DNA of 28,841 nt, taken from assembly GCA_021788675.1 (NCBI GenBank), contig JAJYKI010000001.1, positions 1-28,841 on the forward strand. The letters run 5' to 3'. The position numbers were made by a program, and so were the translations under genes. Each line of letters begins with the position of its first letter. Position 1 is the stretch's first letter. This document shows positions 16,548-25,104 of the stretch, piece after piece. The notes under the pieces were generated by a model. The model was not told the origin of the DNA, searched no databases, and saw nothing but the letters and a program-made list of their open reading frames with translations. Origin of the DNA: a bacterium. Its GTDB lineage: Bacteria; Patescibacteriota; Saccharimonadia; Saccharimonadales; UBA4665.

Positions 16548-17000
16548 ATGCTGGAAAAGCGGATTGAGCAGGATTTGAAAGCCGCGCTCTTAAGCGGAGA
16601 CAGCCTGAAAGCCAGTACCTTACGCTCAATCAAGAGCGCTCTTTTGTATGTTAAAGTCGAAAAAGGCAAGCGCGATTCGGGATTGACTGAAGATGAGGAA
16701 ATTGCCGTATTGGCTAAGGAATCTAAAAAGCGCCAAGAAAGCGCTGATTTATACTTACGCGGCAAGAGCGAAGAGCGGGCGGAAACTGAACTTAAAGAAA
16801 AAGCTATTATTGATCAGTATCTGCCAAAACAGCTCAGCGAAGCCGAATTGATTTCCGTGGTTGATGGAGTGATTAGTGAGTCTGGGCTGCAGGGCATGTC
16901 GGATATGGGCAAGGCCATAGCAGCCGTTAAACAAAAGACGGCCGGTGCCGCCGACGGTGCCATGGTGGCTCGATTAGTAAAGGAGCGTCTGCAAAAATGA
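16548..17000 (+). CDS. yqeY: GatB/YqeY domain protein
   Basis: LKAALLSGD...LRSIKSAL...KESKKRQES...YLPKQLSE...DMGKAI...ADGAMVARLVKE. Confidence 0.92.
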   Translation: MLEKRIEQDLKAALLSGDSLKASTLRSIKSALLYVKVEKGKRDSGLTEDEEIAVLAKESKKRQESADLYLRGKSEERAETELKEKAIIDQYLPKQLSEAELISVVDGVISESGLQGMSDMGKAIAAVKQKTAGAADGAMVARLVKERLQK

Positions 17001-17530
17001 TACTGCTTATGGGTCTGCCGGGATCGGGTAAGGGTACTCAAGGTAAGATGATGGCCGACCAGCATGGCATGCACCTGATTACCATGGGTGAGATCATTCG
17101 TCTCTACGTTTCCGGTGCTCGTCGCACCCGTATGTTAGCCGGCGAATTATTGGACGACGAAGAGGTCATCAATCTACTGGATAAAGTGCTGGATTCACTG
17201 CCCGATAAAGAAAAGTGCGTATTGGATGGATTCCCAAGAACGCTTGCTCAAGCCGAGTGGCTACTAGATAAATCCCGTAGGGATAACTTTAGCATCAGCT
17301 ATGTAATTAATTTGGAAGCCGCCGAAGATGTGGTTAGGAATCGTCTGCGCTCTAGAGGCCGGATTGATGATAAAGACGAAGTCGTGGAAGAGCGTTTCCG
17401 TGAGTATGCTAACTTGACGTTACCGCTTGTAGATTGGTACAAAGAGCATAATATAAAAGTAGTTAATATAAATGCCGAGCGTTCCGTTTACGAGGTCAAC
17501 GACGAGGTTATTCGCGAACTCAACTTATAA
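16997..17530 (+). CDS. adk: Adenylate kinase (short LID type)
   Basis: P-loop GLPGSGKGTQ, LDGFPRTLAQAE, RGRIDD; ATGA overlap with yqeY. Confidence 0.9.
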   Translation: MILLMGLPGSGKGTQGKMMADQHGMHLITMGEIIRLYVSGARRTRMLAGELLDDEEVINLLDKVLDSLPDKEKCVLDGFPRTLAQAEWLLDKSRRDNFSISYVINLEAAEDVVRNRLRSRGRIDDKDEVVEERFREYANLTLPLVDWYKEHNIKVVNINAERSVYEVNDEVIRELNL

Positions 17531-17548
17531 CTTATATTTCTGGATTTT

Positions 17549-18313
17549 ATGATGATGACGCAAGTTAAAACTGCGACCGAGATATTGGCAATGCGTGAAA
17601 GTGGCGCCATGTTGGCGGCGATTTTAAAAAAACTGGAGTCGGTCGTTGAGCCGGGTATATCCACAAAAGATTTGGCGGTGGTAGCCGACCGCGAGCTTAA
17701 GCTACTCGGCGGCCGCGCTCCGTTTTTAGGCTACCAGGGCTTCCCGGATGTTATTTGCATATCGCTCAATGACGAGGTTGTGCATGGCATTCCAAAGCCC
17801 GACCGGATTATAGGCGAAGGTGATTTGGTCAGTCTCGATTTCGGTGTAAATTACCGAGGAATGATTACGGATAGCGCCGTTACTTTAATAGCTGGCAGCC
17901 CGAAATCCAAACAACAGGCCGATCTGGTCAAGTTTACCAGAGCGTCTCTCTATGAAGGTATTGCCGTAGTCCATGACGGGGTACGTACAGGGGATATCGG
18001 TGCGGCCGTACAGGCTGTACTGGAAAAACACAACTATGGAATCGTTACCGATCTGGTTGGGCATGGCGTCGGTCATAATCTGCACGAGGATCCAAATATC
18101 CCAAATTACGGCCGGAAAAACACCGGACCCTGGCTAAAAGCCGGAATGACGATAGCAATCGAGCCGATGGCCACTTTAGGCAGTCCAAGAGTCGTTATGG
18201 AGCATGATCATTGGACGATAAGGTCATTCGACCATTCATTGTCTGCCCATTTCGAACATACTGTTTTGATCACCGAATCTGGTTCGGAAATACTGACAGA
18301 AATGCCCGTTTAA
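17549..18313 (+). CDS. map: Type I methionine aminopeptidase
   Basis: CISLNDEVVHGIP, DFGV, DSA, GHGVG-xLHEDP, IEPM, AHFEHT. Confidence 0.96.
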   Translation: MMMTQVKTATEILAMRESGAMLAAILKKLESVVEPGISTKDLAVVADRELKLLGGRAPFLGYQGFPDVICISLNDEVVHGIPKPDRIIGEGDLVSLDFGVNYRGMITDSAVTLIAGSPKSKQQADLVKFTRASLYEGIAVVHDGVRTGDIGAAVQAVLEKHNYGIVTDLVGHGVGHNLHEDPNIPNYGRKNTGPWLKAGMTIAIEPMATLGSPRVVMEHDHWTIRSFDHSLSAHFEHTVLITESGSEILTEMPV

Positions 18314-18334
18314 GGGTGGATTACAATAACGACC

Positions 18335-18364
18335 TTGCTCAATCTAAAGTGCTAGCGTTATACT
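18335..18364 (+). promoter_or_regulatory. Promoter of probable leaderless ftsA transcript
   Basis: TTGCTC(18335-18340), 18 bp, TATACT(18359-18364); ATG 7 nt later, no SD. Confidence 0.6.
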
Positions 18365-18371
18365 TACCACA

Positions 18372-19607
18372 ATGCGTGAAACGCAAACTAATTGCTTTAT
18401 TGGTCTAGACATAGGCACTGCGACTGTGCGCTGTGTTGTTGGCATGGCTGAGCCCAACTCTAACGGCCGGCTGTCAATTATTGGGCATGGGTCGGCGCCT
18501 AACAGTGGTATGCGTAAAGGTACTGTCGTACATGTTGATGATGTTGCCGAGGCTATTATAAAGGCTGTTACTGAGGCCGAACGAATCAGTGGTCAAAGCA
18601 TCAGACACGCCACGGTTAACGTTAACGGTTCGCACGTGGTTGGTTTTAATTCCAAGGGGGTTATCGCTATCAGCGCTGCTAACCGGGAAATAACTCCGGA
18701 GGATCGCTTGAGGGTGGAAGAGGCTGCCACGGTCGTTTCATTGCCGGCCAACCGTGAGATTGTGCAGTTTTTTGCCAAGAACTATAGTCTTGATGGTCAG
18801 CAGAATATTAAGGATCCGGTTGGAATGCAGGGAATCCGTTTAGAGGTAGACGCGCATATCGTTACGGCGGCCACACCAAATCTGCGGAATTTAGCGCACG
18901 CGCTTGAAAAATCCGAAATCGAGCCGGTTAACTATACGGTTTCAAGCTTGGCATCGGCGGAGGCTGTGTTGAGTCGTCAGCAAAAAGAAGCCGGGACTTT
19001 GATTTTGGATATCGGCGCCGGGACTACCAATATGATAGTCGTGGAAGATGGCGAGGTGCAGCATGTCGCAGTCATACCGGTTGGCGGAATAAATATAACT
19101 AATGATCTCGCAATCGGTCTCAAGACTGATTTGGATGTGGCTGAAAAAGTTAAATTAGAGCATGCAACGCTGTTGCCGGAACCTACGAAGACAACGATTA
19201 CGGTCAAGCATGCCAAGCAAGCTTTGTCGTTTGATTTTTCGGATGTGGTTATGATTACGGAAGCGCGTATCGAGGAACTTTTAGAGCTGGTTGACAAGGA
19301 GTTAGTTAAAATTAAACGTTCTCGTAAGCTTCCCGGAGGGGTCGTGCTAACCGGTGGTACTGCCAGCTTGCCCGGCATAGCCGAATTTACAAGAGATAAA
19401 TTACAATTGCCGGCCAGAGTCGGTCATATCCAGAATGTCGGCGGTCTGGTTGATACGGTTGAAGGCACGGCCTATTGCACGGTTGTGGGCTTAATGATGC
19501 TCGACATGCTGCTCCTGCCCTCAATGTCGGCTCCCCAGGCTAGCCTGGCTCAGTCTTATGTCGGCTTGGCAGACAAGCTGCTAAAAAGGTTTAAAAAGCG
19601 TCGTTAA
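18372..19607 (+). CDS. ftsA: Cell division protein FtsA
   Basis: GLDIGT, GMRKG, LDIGAGTT, IPVGG-xITNDL, AEKVKL, VVLTGG; basic amphipathic C-terminus; upstream of ftsZ. Confidence 0.96.
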   Translation: MRETQTNCFIGLDIGTATVRCVVGMAEPNSNGRLSIIGHGSAPNSGMRKGTVVHVDDVAEAIIKAVTEAERISGQSIRHATVNVNGSHVVGFNSKGVIAISAANREITPEDRLRVEEAATVVSLPANREIVQFFAKNYSLDGQQNIKDPVGMQGIRLEVDAHIVTAATPNLRNLAHALEKSEIEPVNYTVSSLASAEAVLSRQQKEAGTLILDIGAGTTNMIVVEDGEVQHVAVIPVGGINITNDLAIGLKTDLDVAEKVKLEHATLLPEPTKTTITVKHAKQALSFDFSDVVMITEARIEELLELVDKELVKIKRSRKLPGGVVLTGGTASLPGIAEFTRDKLQLPARVGHIQNVGGLVDTVEGTAYCTVVGLMMLDMLLLPSMSAPQASLAQSYVGLADKLLKRFKKRR

Positions 19608-19720
19608 CTCCTTAGGAACTGAATACATTAATATTGTCAGCGTCGAATTTTGTAAACTTGCTCGAATAATTTATCGGACCTTTGCGCGAACGCTATCATA
19701 GCGGCCGTATACAAAATTTG

Positions 19721-19748
19721 TTGATTTACGACTCAACAAGGGTATACT
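19721..19748 (+). promoter_or_regulatory. ftsZ promoter overlapped by a 7-bp inverted repeat
   Basis: TTGATT(19721-19726), 16 bp, TATACT(19743-19748); G-rich SD before ATG 19779. Confidence 0.55.
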
Positions 19749-19778
19749 GGATGCTAGTAAAAGTATTTAGGGGGATGC

Positions 19779-21110
19779 ATGGCCCAGGTAGTAGAGCCCG
19801 CAATTGAAACATTTGCTCAGATTAAAGTCGTAGGTGTCGGTGGGGCAGGCGGAGCGGCTATAAACCGCATGGTTGAAGCCGGAGTTTCAAACGTCGAGTT
19901 CGTATCTATTAATACGGATGCTCAAGCCTTGCACCATTCCAAGGCTGCCAAAAAAATACATATCGGTAAAGATACTACCCGAGGTCTGGGTGCCGGTGCT
20001 GATCCCAAAGTTGGACAGCAGGCTGCCGAAGAGTCATCTGACGAAATTCGAAAAGCTCTTGAAGGTGCCGATATGGTGTTCGTCACGATTGGTGCCGGCG
20101 GGGGTACCGGTAGTGGTGCGGGACATGTCGTGGCTAAGATAGCTAAGGATGCCGGCGCGCTGGTAGTCGGTTTTGCAACTAAACCGTTTGCTTTTGAGGG
20201 TGACAGGCGTCGGCGCAATGCCGAAGAGGCGATTGATAAATTACGCAGTGCTGTCGACACCCTTATAATTATTCCTAACGACCGGTTATTACAGACAATT
20301 GATCGCCAGACTCCTTTGATGGATGCTTTTAAAGTTGCCGATGATGTCTTACGCCAAGGCGTCCAGGGCATATCTGACCTTATTACCGTTCACGGCCTGA
20401 TTAACCTGGATTTTGCAGATGTTAAGGCGGTTATGAGCAATGCCGGTACGGCCTTGATGGGTATCGGCCGGGCGAGTGGTGATGATCGAGCAATGAAAGC
20501 TGCTCAGCAGGCTATCGAATCGCCATTATTGGAAGTGTCGATCGATGGCGCCAGAGGCATCCTATTCAATGTTATTGGTGGTGACGATATGGCCATGCAT
20601 GAAATTAACGCTGCGGCCGAAGCGATTACTTCTGCTGCCGACCCGGAAGCAAACATTATATTCGGTGCGACAATTAATCCTGAACTGAGCGGCGAAATGA
20701 TAATAACCGTCGTAGCGACCGGTTTTGACGCGTCTTATTACGCCCAGCGAACAAAACCGACTGAAAATAAGTCCAGAACCCTATCCACCAGCAGCTTGAG
20801 CGACGAAACGACAATGTCAGAGATTGATACGACGCTTGAAGATGAGGACGAACAAGATACCGGCTTTAATAGTGAAGCGCCTATGCCTAACATATGGACG
20901 ATTGACGAGGAAGAAGATAAGCCTAAGGACGAGACCCACCAAGATTCCTCGGATGATAAAGCCACTGATGAAAATGATGATGATACTAAGGTAGATGAAG
21001 CCATTGTTGCCAGTAAGATGGATGAAGACTTGGAGAAGCCGTCGTTTTTGAGGCGCCTAGCTAAGGTTAAACGCCACAATAAAGATGGCAGCTCGGATAA
21101 TAACGCTTAA
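19779..21110 (+). CDS. ftsZ: Cell division protein FtsZ
   Basis: [16 protein letters not shown], tubulin signature [18 protein letters not shown]-terminal core [10 protein letters not shown]. Confidence 0.98.
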   Translation: MAQVVEPAIETFAQIKVVGVGGAGGAAINRMVEAGVSNVEFVSINTDAQALHHSKAAKKIHIGKDTTRGLGAGADPKVGQQAAEESSDEIRKALEGADMVFVTIGAGGGTGSGAGHVVAKIAKDAGALVVGFATKPFAFEGDRRRRNAEEAIDKLRSAVDTLIIIPNDRLLQTIDRQTPLMDAFKVADDVLRQGVQGISDLITVHGLINLDFADVKAVMSNAGTALMGIGRASGDDRAMKAAQQAIESPLLEVSIDGARGILFNVIGGDDMAMHEINAAAEAITSAADPEANIIFGATINPELSGEMIITVVATGFDASYYAQRTKPTENKSRTLSTSSLSDETTMSEIDTTLEDEDEQDTGFNSEAPMPNIWTIDEEEDKPKDETHQDSSDDKATDENDDDTKVDEAIVASKMDEDLEKPSFLRRLAKVKRHNKDGSSDNNA

Positions 21111-21137
21111 AAAGTAAATAATACAGCGCTTATGCTA

Positions 21138-21167
21138 TTGCCAAAGCGCTATCCATGGGGCTATATT
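21138..21167 (+). promoter_or_regulatory. nrdR-nrdJ promoter
   Basis: TTGCCA(21138-21143), 18 bp, TATATT(21162-21167). Confidence 0.55.
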
Positions 21168-21194
21168 GGTAATACCAACCGCTATATATGGGCA
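21146..21194 (+). promoter_or_regulatory. Tandem NrdR-box-like sites
   Basis: GCGCTATCCATGGGGC(21146-21161) and CCGCTATATATGGGCA(21179-21194), 33 bp apart, resembling acaCwAtATaTwGtgt and flanking the -10 box. Confidence 0.55.
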
Positions 21195-21312
21195 GCAGCC
21201 GCAGCAGCTGGTGTACATTAAAGAAATAAACACCTCATCAAAAAAGCCAAAACTAGCGTATGTATTTAATACGTGAGCGATGCTGTCTTTTTTGACGAGA
21301 AGGAGGTGCGGC

Positions 21313-21798
21313 ATGAAATGCAAAAAGTGCCAAAGCGACGATATAAAGGTTATAGAGTCGCGTGACGTGGCAGATGAGCAAGCTATTCGCCGCCGCCGGA
21401 TGTGTAATGAATGCGGTTACAGGTTTACGACTTACGAAAGAGTCGAGCGCCCGCAGCTGATAGTCATTAAGCATGATGGAACCAGGCAATTATTTAATCG
21501 GGATAAGTTGCTCGCCGGGCTCTACAGAGCCTGCGAAAAAACACCGGTTACCAGTTTACAGCTGGAACACATGGTATCCGATATAGAGGAGTCTTTATAT
21601 GCTTGTGGCGATCAGGAGATCGGTTCGTCGAAGATAGGTGAACTGGTTATGCAAAGACTAAGCTTGCTTAACGAAGTCGCCTATGTCAGATTCGCGAGCG
21701 TTTACCGTCGCTTTAAAGATATAGCTAGCTTTGAAAAGGAGCTATCACACATCAGGCAGCAAAATCGAATGCTTAAATCTGACCTCGTAGAGGATTGA
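21313..21798 (+). CDS. nrdR: Transcriptional repressor NrdR
   Basis: MKCKKC...IRRRRMCNECGYRFTTYER Zn ribbon, ATP cone, VAYVRFASVYRRF; SD AGGAGG at 21301-21306 places the start at 21313. Confidence 0.96.
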   Translation: MKCKKCQSDDIKVIESRDVADEQAIRRRRMCNECGYRFTTYERVERPQLIVIKHDGTRQLFNRDKLLAGLYRACEKTPVTSLQLEHMVSDIEESLYACGDQEIGSSKIGELVMQRLSLLNEVAYVRFASVYRRFKDIASFEKELSHIRQQNRMLKSDLVED

Positions 21799-21800
21799 TG

Positions 21801-21974
21801 GCTCTCTCCGGCTACTAAAAATTAGCGGTCGCAGAGAGCTCTCAGGAAGTAGTCTTAGACGTATGTGGGTCTAACCGAATACTTTTTGAAAACTCTAACA
21901 AAAATCATAAAAATATATAAACTAAAAGGAGCGCTTCGGGTAAGGTTAAGTTGTGAGGGGCCTTATTTCCGGAG
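21801..21974 (+). promoter_or_regulatory. Three-hairpin structured intercistronic region upstream of nrdJ
   Basis: GCTCTCT/AGAGAGC (21801-21839); AAGTA+TTAGAC/GTCTAA+TACTT then T-run (21847-21887); CTTCGGG-TAAGGTT/GGCCTTA-TCCGGAG (21934-21974). Confidence 0.45.
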
Positions 21975-21998
21975 AAGACAACAGAAAGGGTAAATATT

Positions 21999-24770
21999 AT
22001 GGGACAGGCAACCGACCTAGGGGTGGGGCGGCTTTTCACCCCTGCGAAAAGCAAGGCATACGATCAACTTAAGTGGGAAATTCGTGACTCGTTGCTCACT
22101 AATCCGATGACCAATGAGGTCGTTTTTGAGCAGAAAGGCATTGAGTTTCCAGAGGGATGGTCGCAAAACGCCATCAATATAGTAGCCCAAAAATACTTCA
22201 GCGGTACTCCGGGTACCGACTCAAGAGAAGATTCGCTTAAAGATCTGATTGACCGGGTAGTCGATACGATTACCAGGCAGGGTCTTGAAGAGGGATACTT
22301 CGATTCAGAAACGATGGCCGAAGACTTCCGCGAGGAACTCAAGTACGTCTTAGCAACACAAAGAGCGGCCTTTAACTCTCCGGTCTGGTTCAATATAGGT
22401 GTGCCGGATCGCTCACAACAAGCCAGCGCTTGTTTTATTCTCGGTATCGAGGACACTATGCCGGCGATTCTGAACTGGTACGTAGAAGAGGGTATGATTT
22501 TTAAGGGTGGTTCCGGATCCGGTATCAACATCAGCCCGATCAGGTCCAGTATTGAACCTTTGGGCAAAAGTGCCGGTACGGCCAGCGGACCTTTGAGCTT
22601 CATGCGTGGCGCCGATGCCAGTGCCGGAGCTATCAAGAGCGGCGGCAAAACCAGGCGGGCAGCCAAAATGGTTATTCTAAATGTCGATCATCCGGACGTG
22701 CTTGACTTTATATGGAGTAAAGCAATCGAAGAGCGCAAAGCCCGCGATTTGCAAAACCTGGGTTGGGATATGAGTCTTGATGGTAAGGATAGTTTCTCTG
22801 TTCAATACCAGAACGCCAATATTTCCGTTCGCGTAACTGATGAGTTTATGAAAGCGGTCGAAAATGACGACGACTGGGAGCTTAAGGCTGTTACCACCGG
22901 TAAGACCTTACGAACAATTAAAGCCAAAGATCTTTTCCGTCAATTTGCCGAAGCGGCCTGGGAATGTGCCGATCCCGGCATGCAGTTCGACACAGTCATT
23001 AACAAATGGCATACTACGCCCAAGGCCGGCCGAATTAACGGTTCTAATCCGTGCAGTGAGTATATGCACTTGGATAATTCCGCCTGTAATCTGGCAAGCC
23101 TCAATTTGCTCAAGTTCCTAAGGGATGATTCCTCTTTCATGGTTGATGAATTCAAGCATACCGTTGAGCTGATATTTACGGCTCAGGAAATACTGGTCGG
23201 CTACAGCGAATATCCTACCGAGCGAATTACTAAGAACGCTAAAGCTTACCGCGAGCTTGGTATTGGCTATGCTAACCTGGGTGCGCTTTTGATGGCTCAG
23301 GGCATACCTTACGACAGTGATGAGGGTCGCGCCCAAGCGGCTGCCATAACGGCGCTTCTGACCGGCTACGCTTACGCAACATCGGCTAAGATTGCTGCTA
23401 AAGTCGGACCTTTCGCCGGCTTTAATCGTGACCGCGAAGGTATGCTTAGGGTATTGAAAATGCATCGTGATGAGGTTTCCAAGATTGATGCCAATCTGGT
23501 TAGCGAAGATCTCCTTAGTGCAGCCGCCGACGCCTGGGATCAGGCCGTTGAACTTGGCGAGCGCTACGGCGTTCGCAATGCTCAGGCCAGCGTTCTGGCA
23601 CCGACCGGAACCATTGGTCTGATGATGGACTGCGATACGACCGGAATCGAGCCAGATCTTGGCTTGGTAAAAGTTAAAAAGTTAGTCGGTGGCGGATCGA
23701 TGAGCATCGTTAACCAGACTGTGCCTCGAGCTTTGAAGTCGCTTGGATACAATAAATCTCAAATCGACGACATCGTTAAGTACATCGATAGTGAAAAGAC
23801 GATAATCGGTGCGCCGCACTTGAAAGTCGAACACCAGCCCGTCTTCGCTTGCTCGATGGGTGACAATCCGATTCACTATCTTGGTCACGTCAAGATGATG
23901 GCGGCGGTTCAGCCATTTATTTCCGGTGCCATTTCAAAGACGGTGAATATGCCGGAAGAAGTATCGGTAGAAGATATAGAACAATTACATATTGATGCCT
24001 GGAAGATGGGTCTTAAGGCGGTAGCTATTTATCGTGACAACTGTAAAGTCGCTCAGCCGCTATCCATGGCTAAAAAAGATGACGCCAAACAAGAAGATGG
24101 CTCCAAGCCTAGCGAAGAAGACAAGATCGTATTAAAGACTCCTGCTCGGCGTAAGCTGCCAAAGGTTCGCGTCAGCCGCACCTATAAGTTTCAAATTGCC
24201 GACCTTGACGGTTACTTTACGGTTGGAGAATATGAAGACGGAAAGCCCGGCGAGTTGTTCATAAACGTCAGCAAGCAGGGTAGTACGCTCAGTGGCCTAA
24301 TGGATTCGTTTGCGATTTCGGTCAGTCTTGGTTTGCAGTACGGCGTGCCGCTAAAACACTACGTTAAGACGCTCAGGGGCACCTCGTTTGCTCCGGCCGG
24401 CGCTACCGATGACAAAGATATCCGTACGGCCAGCTCTATTACTGACTACATAATGCGCCGTTTGGCGAATGATTACTTAAGCTTTGATGATCGGCTTGAG
24501 CTTGGCCTAGCCAATATTGAGGACATGGTAATCAGTCAGGATCAGACTTCTCTAATTGAAGATTCTATCGCAAGCGAACCGGAAGAAAAAACCGTGGAAG
24601 CTGTTGTTGAGGAAACTGTTACGATCACAGAAATAGCAACGACTAAAGAGGCTAAGGATCCGGTAGTTGATCCCGATGCGCCGCTTTGTTACAACTGTGG
24701 TAACGTGACTCAGAGAGCCGGCAGTTGCTATGTTTGCTCATCCTGTGGCAGTACGACTGGTTGTAGCTAG
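21999..24770 (+). CDS. nrdJ: Class II (adenosylcobalamin-dependent) ribonucleotide reductase with C-terminal TSCPD-like domain and Zn ribbon
   Basis: FNSPVWFN, SACFI, GGKTRRAAKM, catalytic NPCSE, APTGTIG, QPFISGAISKTVN, CYNCG...CYVCSSCG. Confidence 0.95.
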   Translation: MGQATDLGVGRLFTPAKSKAYDQLKWEIRDSLLTNPMTNEVVFEQKGIEFPEGWSQNAINIVAQKYFSGTPGTDSREDSLKDLIDRVVDTITRQGLEEGYFDSETMAEDFREELKYVLATQRAAFNSPVWFNIGVPDRSQQASACFILGIEDTMPAILNWYVEEGMIFKGGSGSGINISPIRSSIEPLGKSAGTASGPLSFMRGADASAGAIKSGGKTRRAAKMVILNVDHPDVLDFIWSKAIEERKARDLQNLGWDMSLDGKDSFSVQYQNANISVRVTDEFMKAVENDDDWELKAVTTGKTLRTIKAKDLFRQFAEAAWECADPGMQFDTVINKWHTTPKAGRINGSNPCSEYMHLDNSACNLASLNLLKFLRDDSSFMVDEFKHTVELIFTAQEILVGYSEYPTERITKNAKAYRELGIGYANLGALLMAQGIPYDSDEGRAQAAAITALLTGYAYATSAKIAAKVGPFAGFNRDREGMLRVLKMHRDEVSKIDANLVSEDLLSAAADAWDQAVELGERYGVRNAQASVLAPTGTIGLMMDCDTTGIEPDLGLVKVKKLVGGGSMSIVNQTVPRALKSLGYNKSQIDDIVKYIDSEKTIIGAPHLKVEHQPVFACSMGDNPIHYLGHVKMMAAVQPFISGAISKTVNMPEEVSVEDIEQLHIDAWKMGLKAVAIYRDNCKVAQPLSMAKKDDAKQEDGSKPSEEDKIVLKTPARRKLPKVRVSRTYKFQIADLDGYFTVGEYEDGKPGELFINVSKQGSTLSGLMDSFAISVSLGLQYGVPLKHYVKTLRGTSFAPAGATDDKDIRTASSITDYIMRRLANDYLSFDDRLELGLANIEDMVISQDQTSLIEDSIASEPEEKTVEAVVEETVTITEIATTKEAKDPVVDPDAPLCYNCGNVTQRAGSCYVCSSCGSTTGCS

Positions 24771-24786
24771 ACTCCAGATCATAGTG

Positions 24787-24795
24787 TGTTAAAAT
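24787..24795 (+). promoter_or_regulatory. Extended -10 for thioredoxin-fold gene
   Basis: TG-T-TAAAAT, 9 nt before ATG, no SD. Confidence 0.5.
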
Positions 24796-24804
24796 AGAAA
24801 CCGA

Positions 24805-25080
24805 ATGAAAGTACTAGTGCTTTACAAACCAAAATCAGAACATCGTCAGGCGATTGAAGATTTCATCAGTCAGTTTAAAGAAAAACACCCTCGTTCGAAG
24901 GTTGAGGTTCTAGACGTCGACCGGCGCGAAGGTATAGCGATGGCCAGCATCTACGATGTTATGCGTTATCCGTCTATTCTGGCTTTAAGAGATGACGGCA
25001 CGGTTTTACAGACTTGGGAGGGTGAAGAAAACCTGCCTCGCCTAGATGATGTTGGCGTATACGCCATCGATCAGTTCTAG
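24805..25080 (+). CDS. Cysteine-free thioredoxin-fold small protein
   Basis: Pattern KVLVLY-helix-VEVLDVD-helix-YDVMRYPSILAL-DDG...W fits the Trx fold with the cis-Pro-type YP, but no Cys. Confidence 0.55.
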   Translation: MKVLVLYKPKSEHRQAIEDFISQFKEKHPRSKVEVLDVDRREGIAMASIYDVMRYPSILALRDDGTVLQTWEGEENLPRLDDVGVYAIDQF

Positions 25081-25084
25081 AGTA

Positions 25085-25093
25085 TGGTATAGT
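25085..25093 (+). promoter_or_regulatory. Extended -10 promoter for T-box/ileS
   Basis: TG-G-TATAGT, about 12 nt upstream of T-box Stem I. Confidence 0.6.
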
Positions 25094-25104
25094 AGAGAAA
25101 ACAA

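Noticed and set aside
21135-21323. Minus-strand 62-aa ORF with SCCGCC
   Set aside because: Antisense to the nrdR promoter, leader and start; no SD or promoter seen; the Cys run derives from the GCAGCAGC repeat
21908-21923. Third NrdR box (AAAATATATAAAC)
   Set aside because: Lacks the conserved C and G of the core; probably just an AT-rich linker
21799-21998. Canonical cobalamin riboswitch before nrdJ
   Set aside because: B12-box and other conserved core sequences not found by eye; kept only as an unassigned structured RNA
21999-24770. Intein or intron in nrdJ
   Set aside because: Reading frame is continuous, length is ordinary and no intein splice or LAGLIDADG motifs are seen
25053-25066. 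Perfect 14-bp palindrome TGGCGTATACGCCA near the ileS promoter -35 region
   Set aside because: Single occurrence inside a coding sequence, with no second copy or candidate regulator; may be chance
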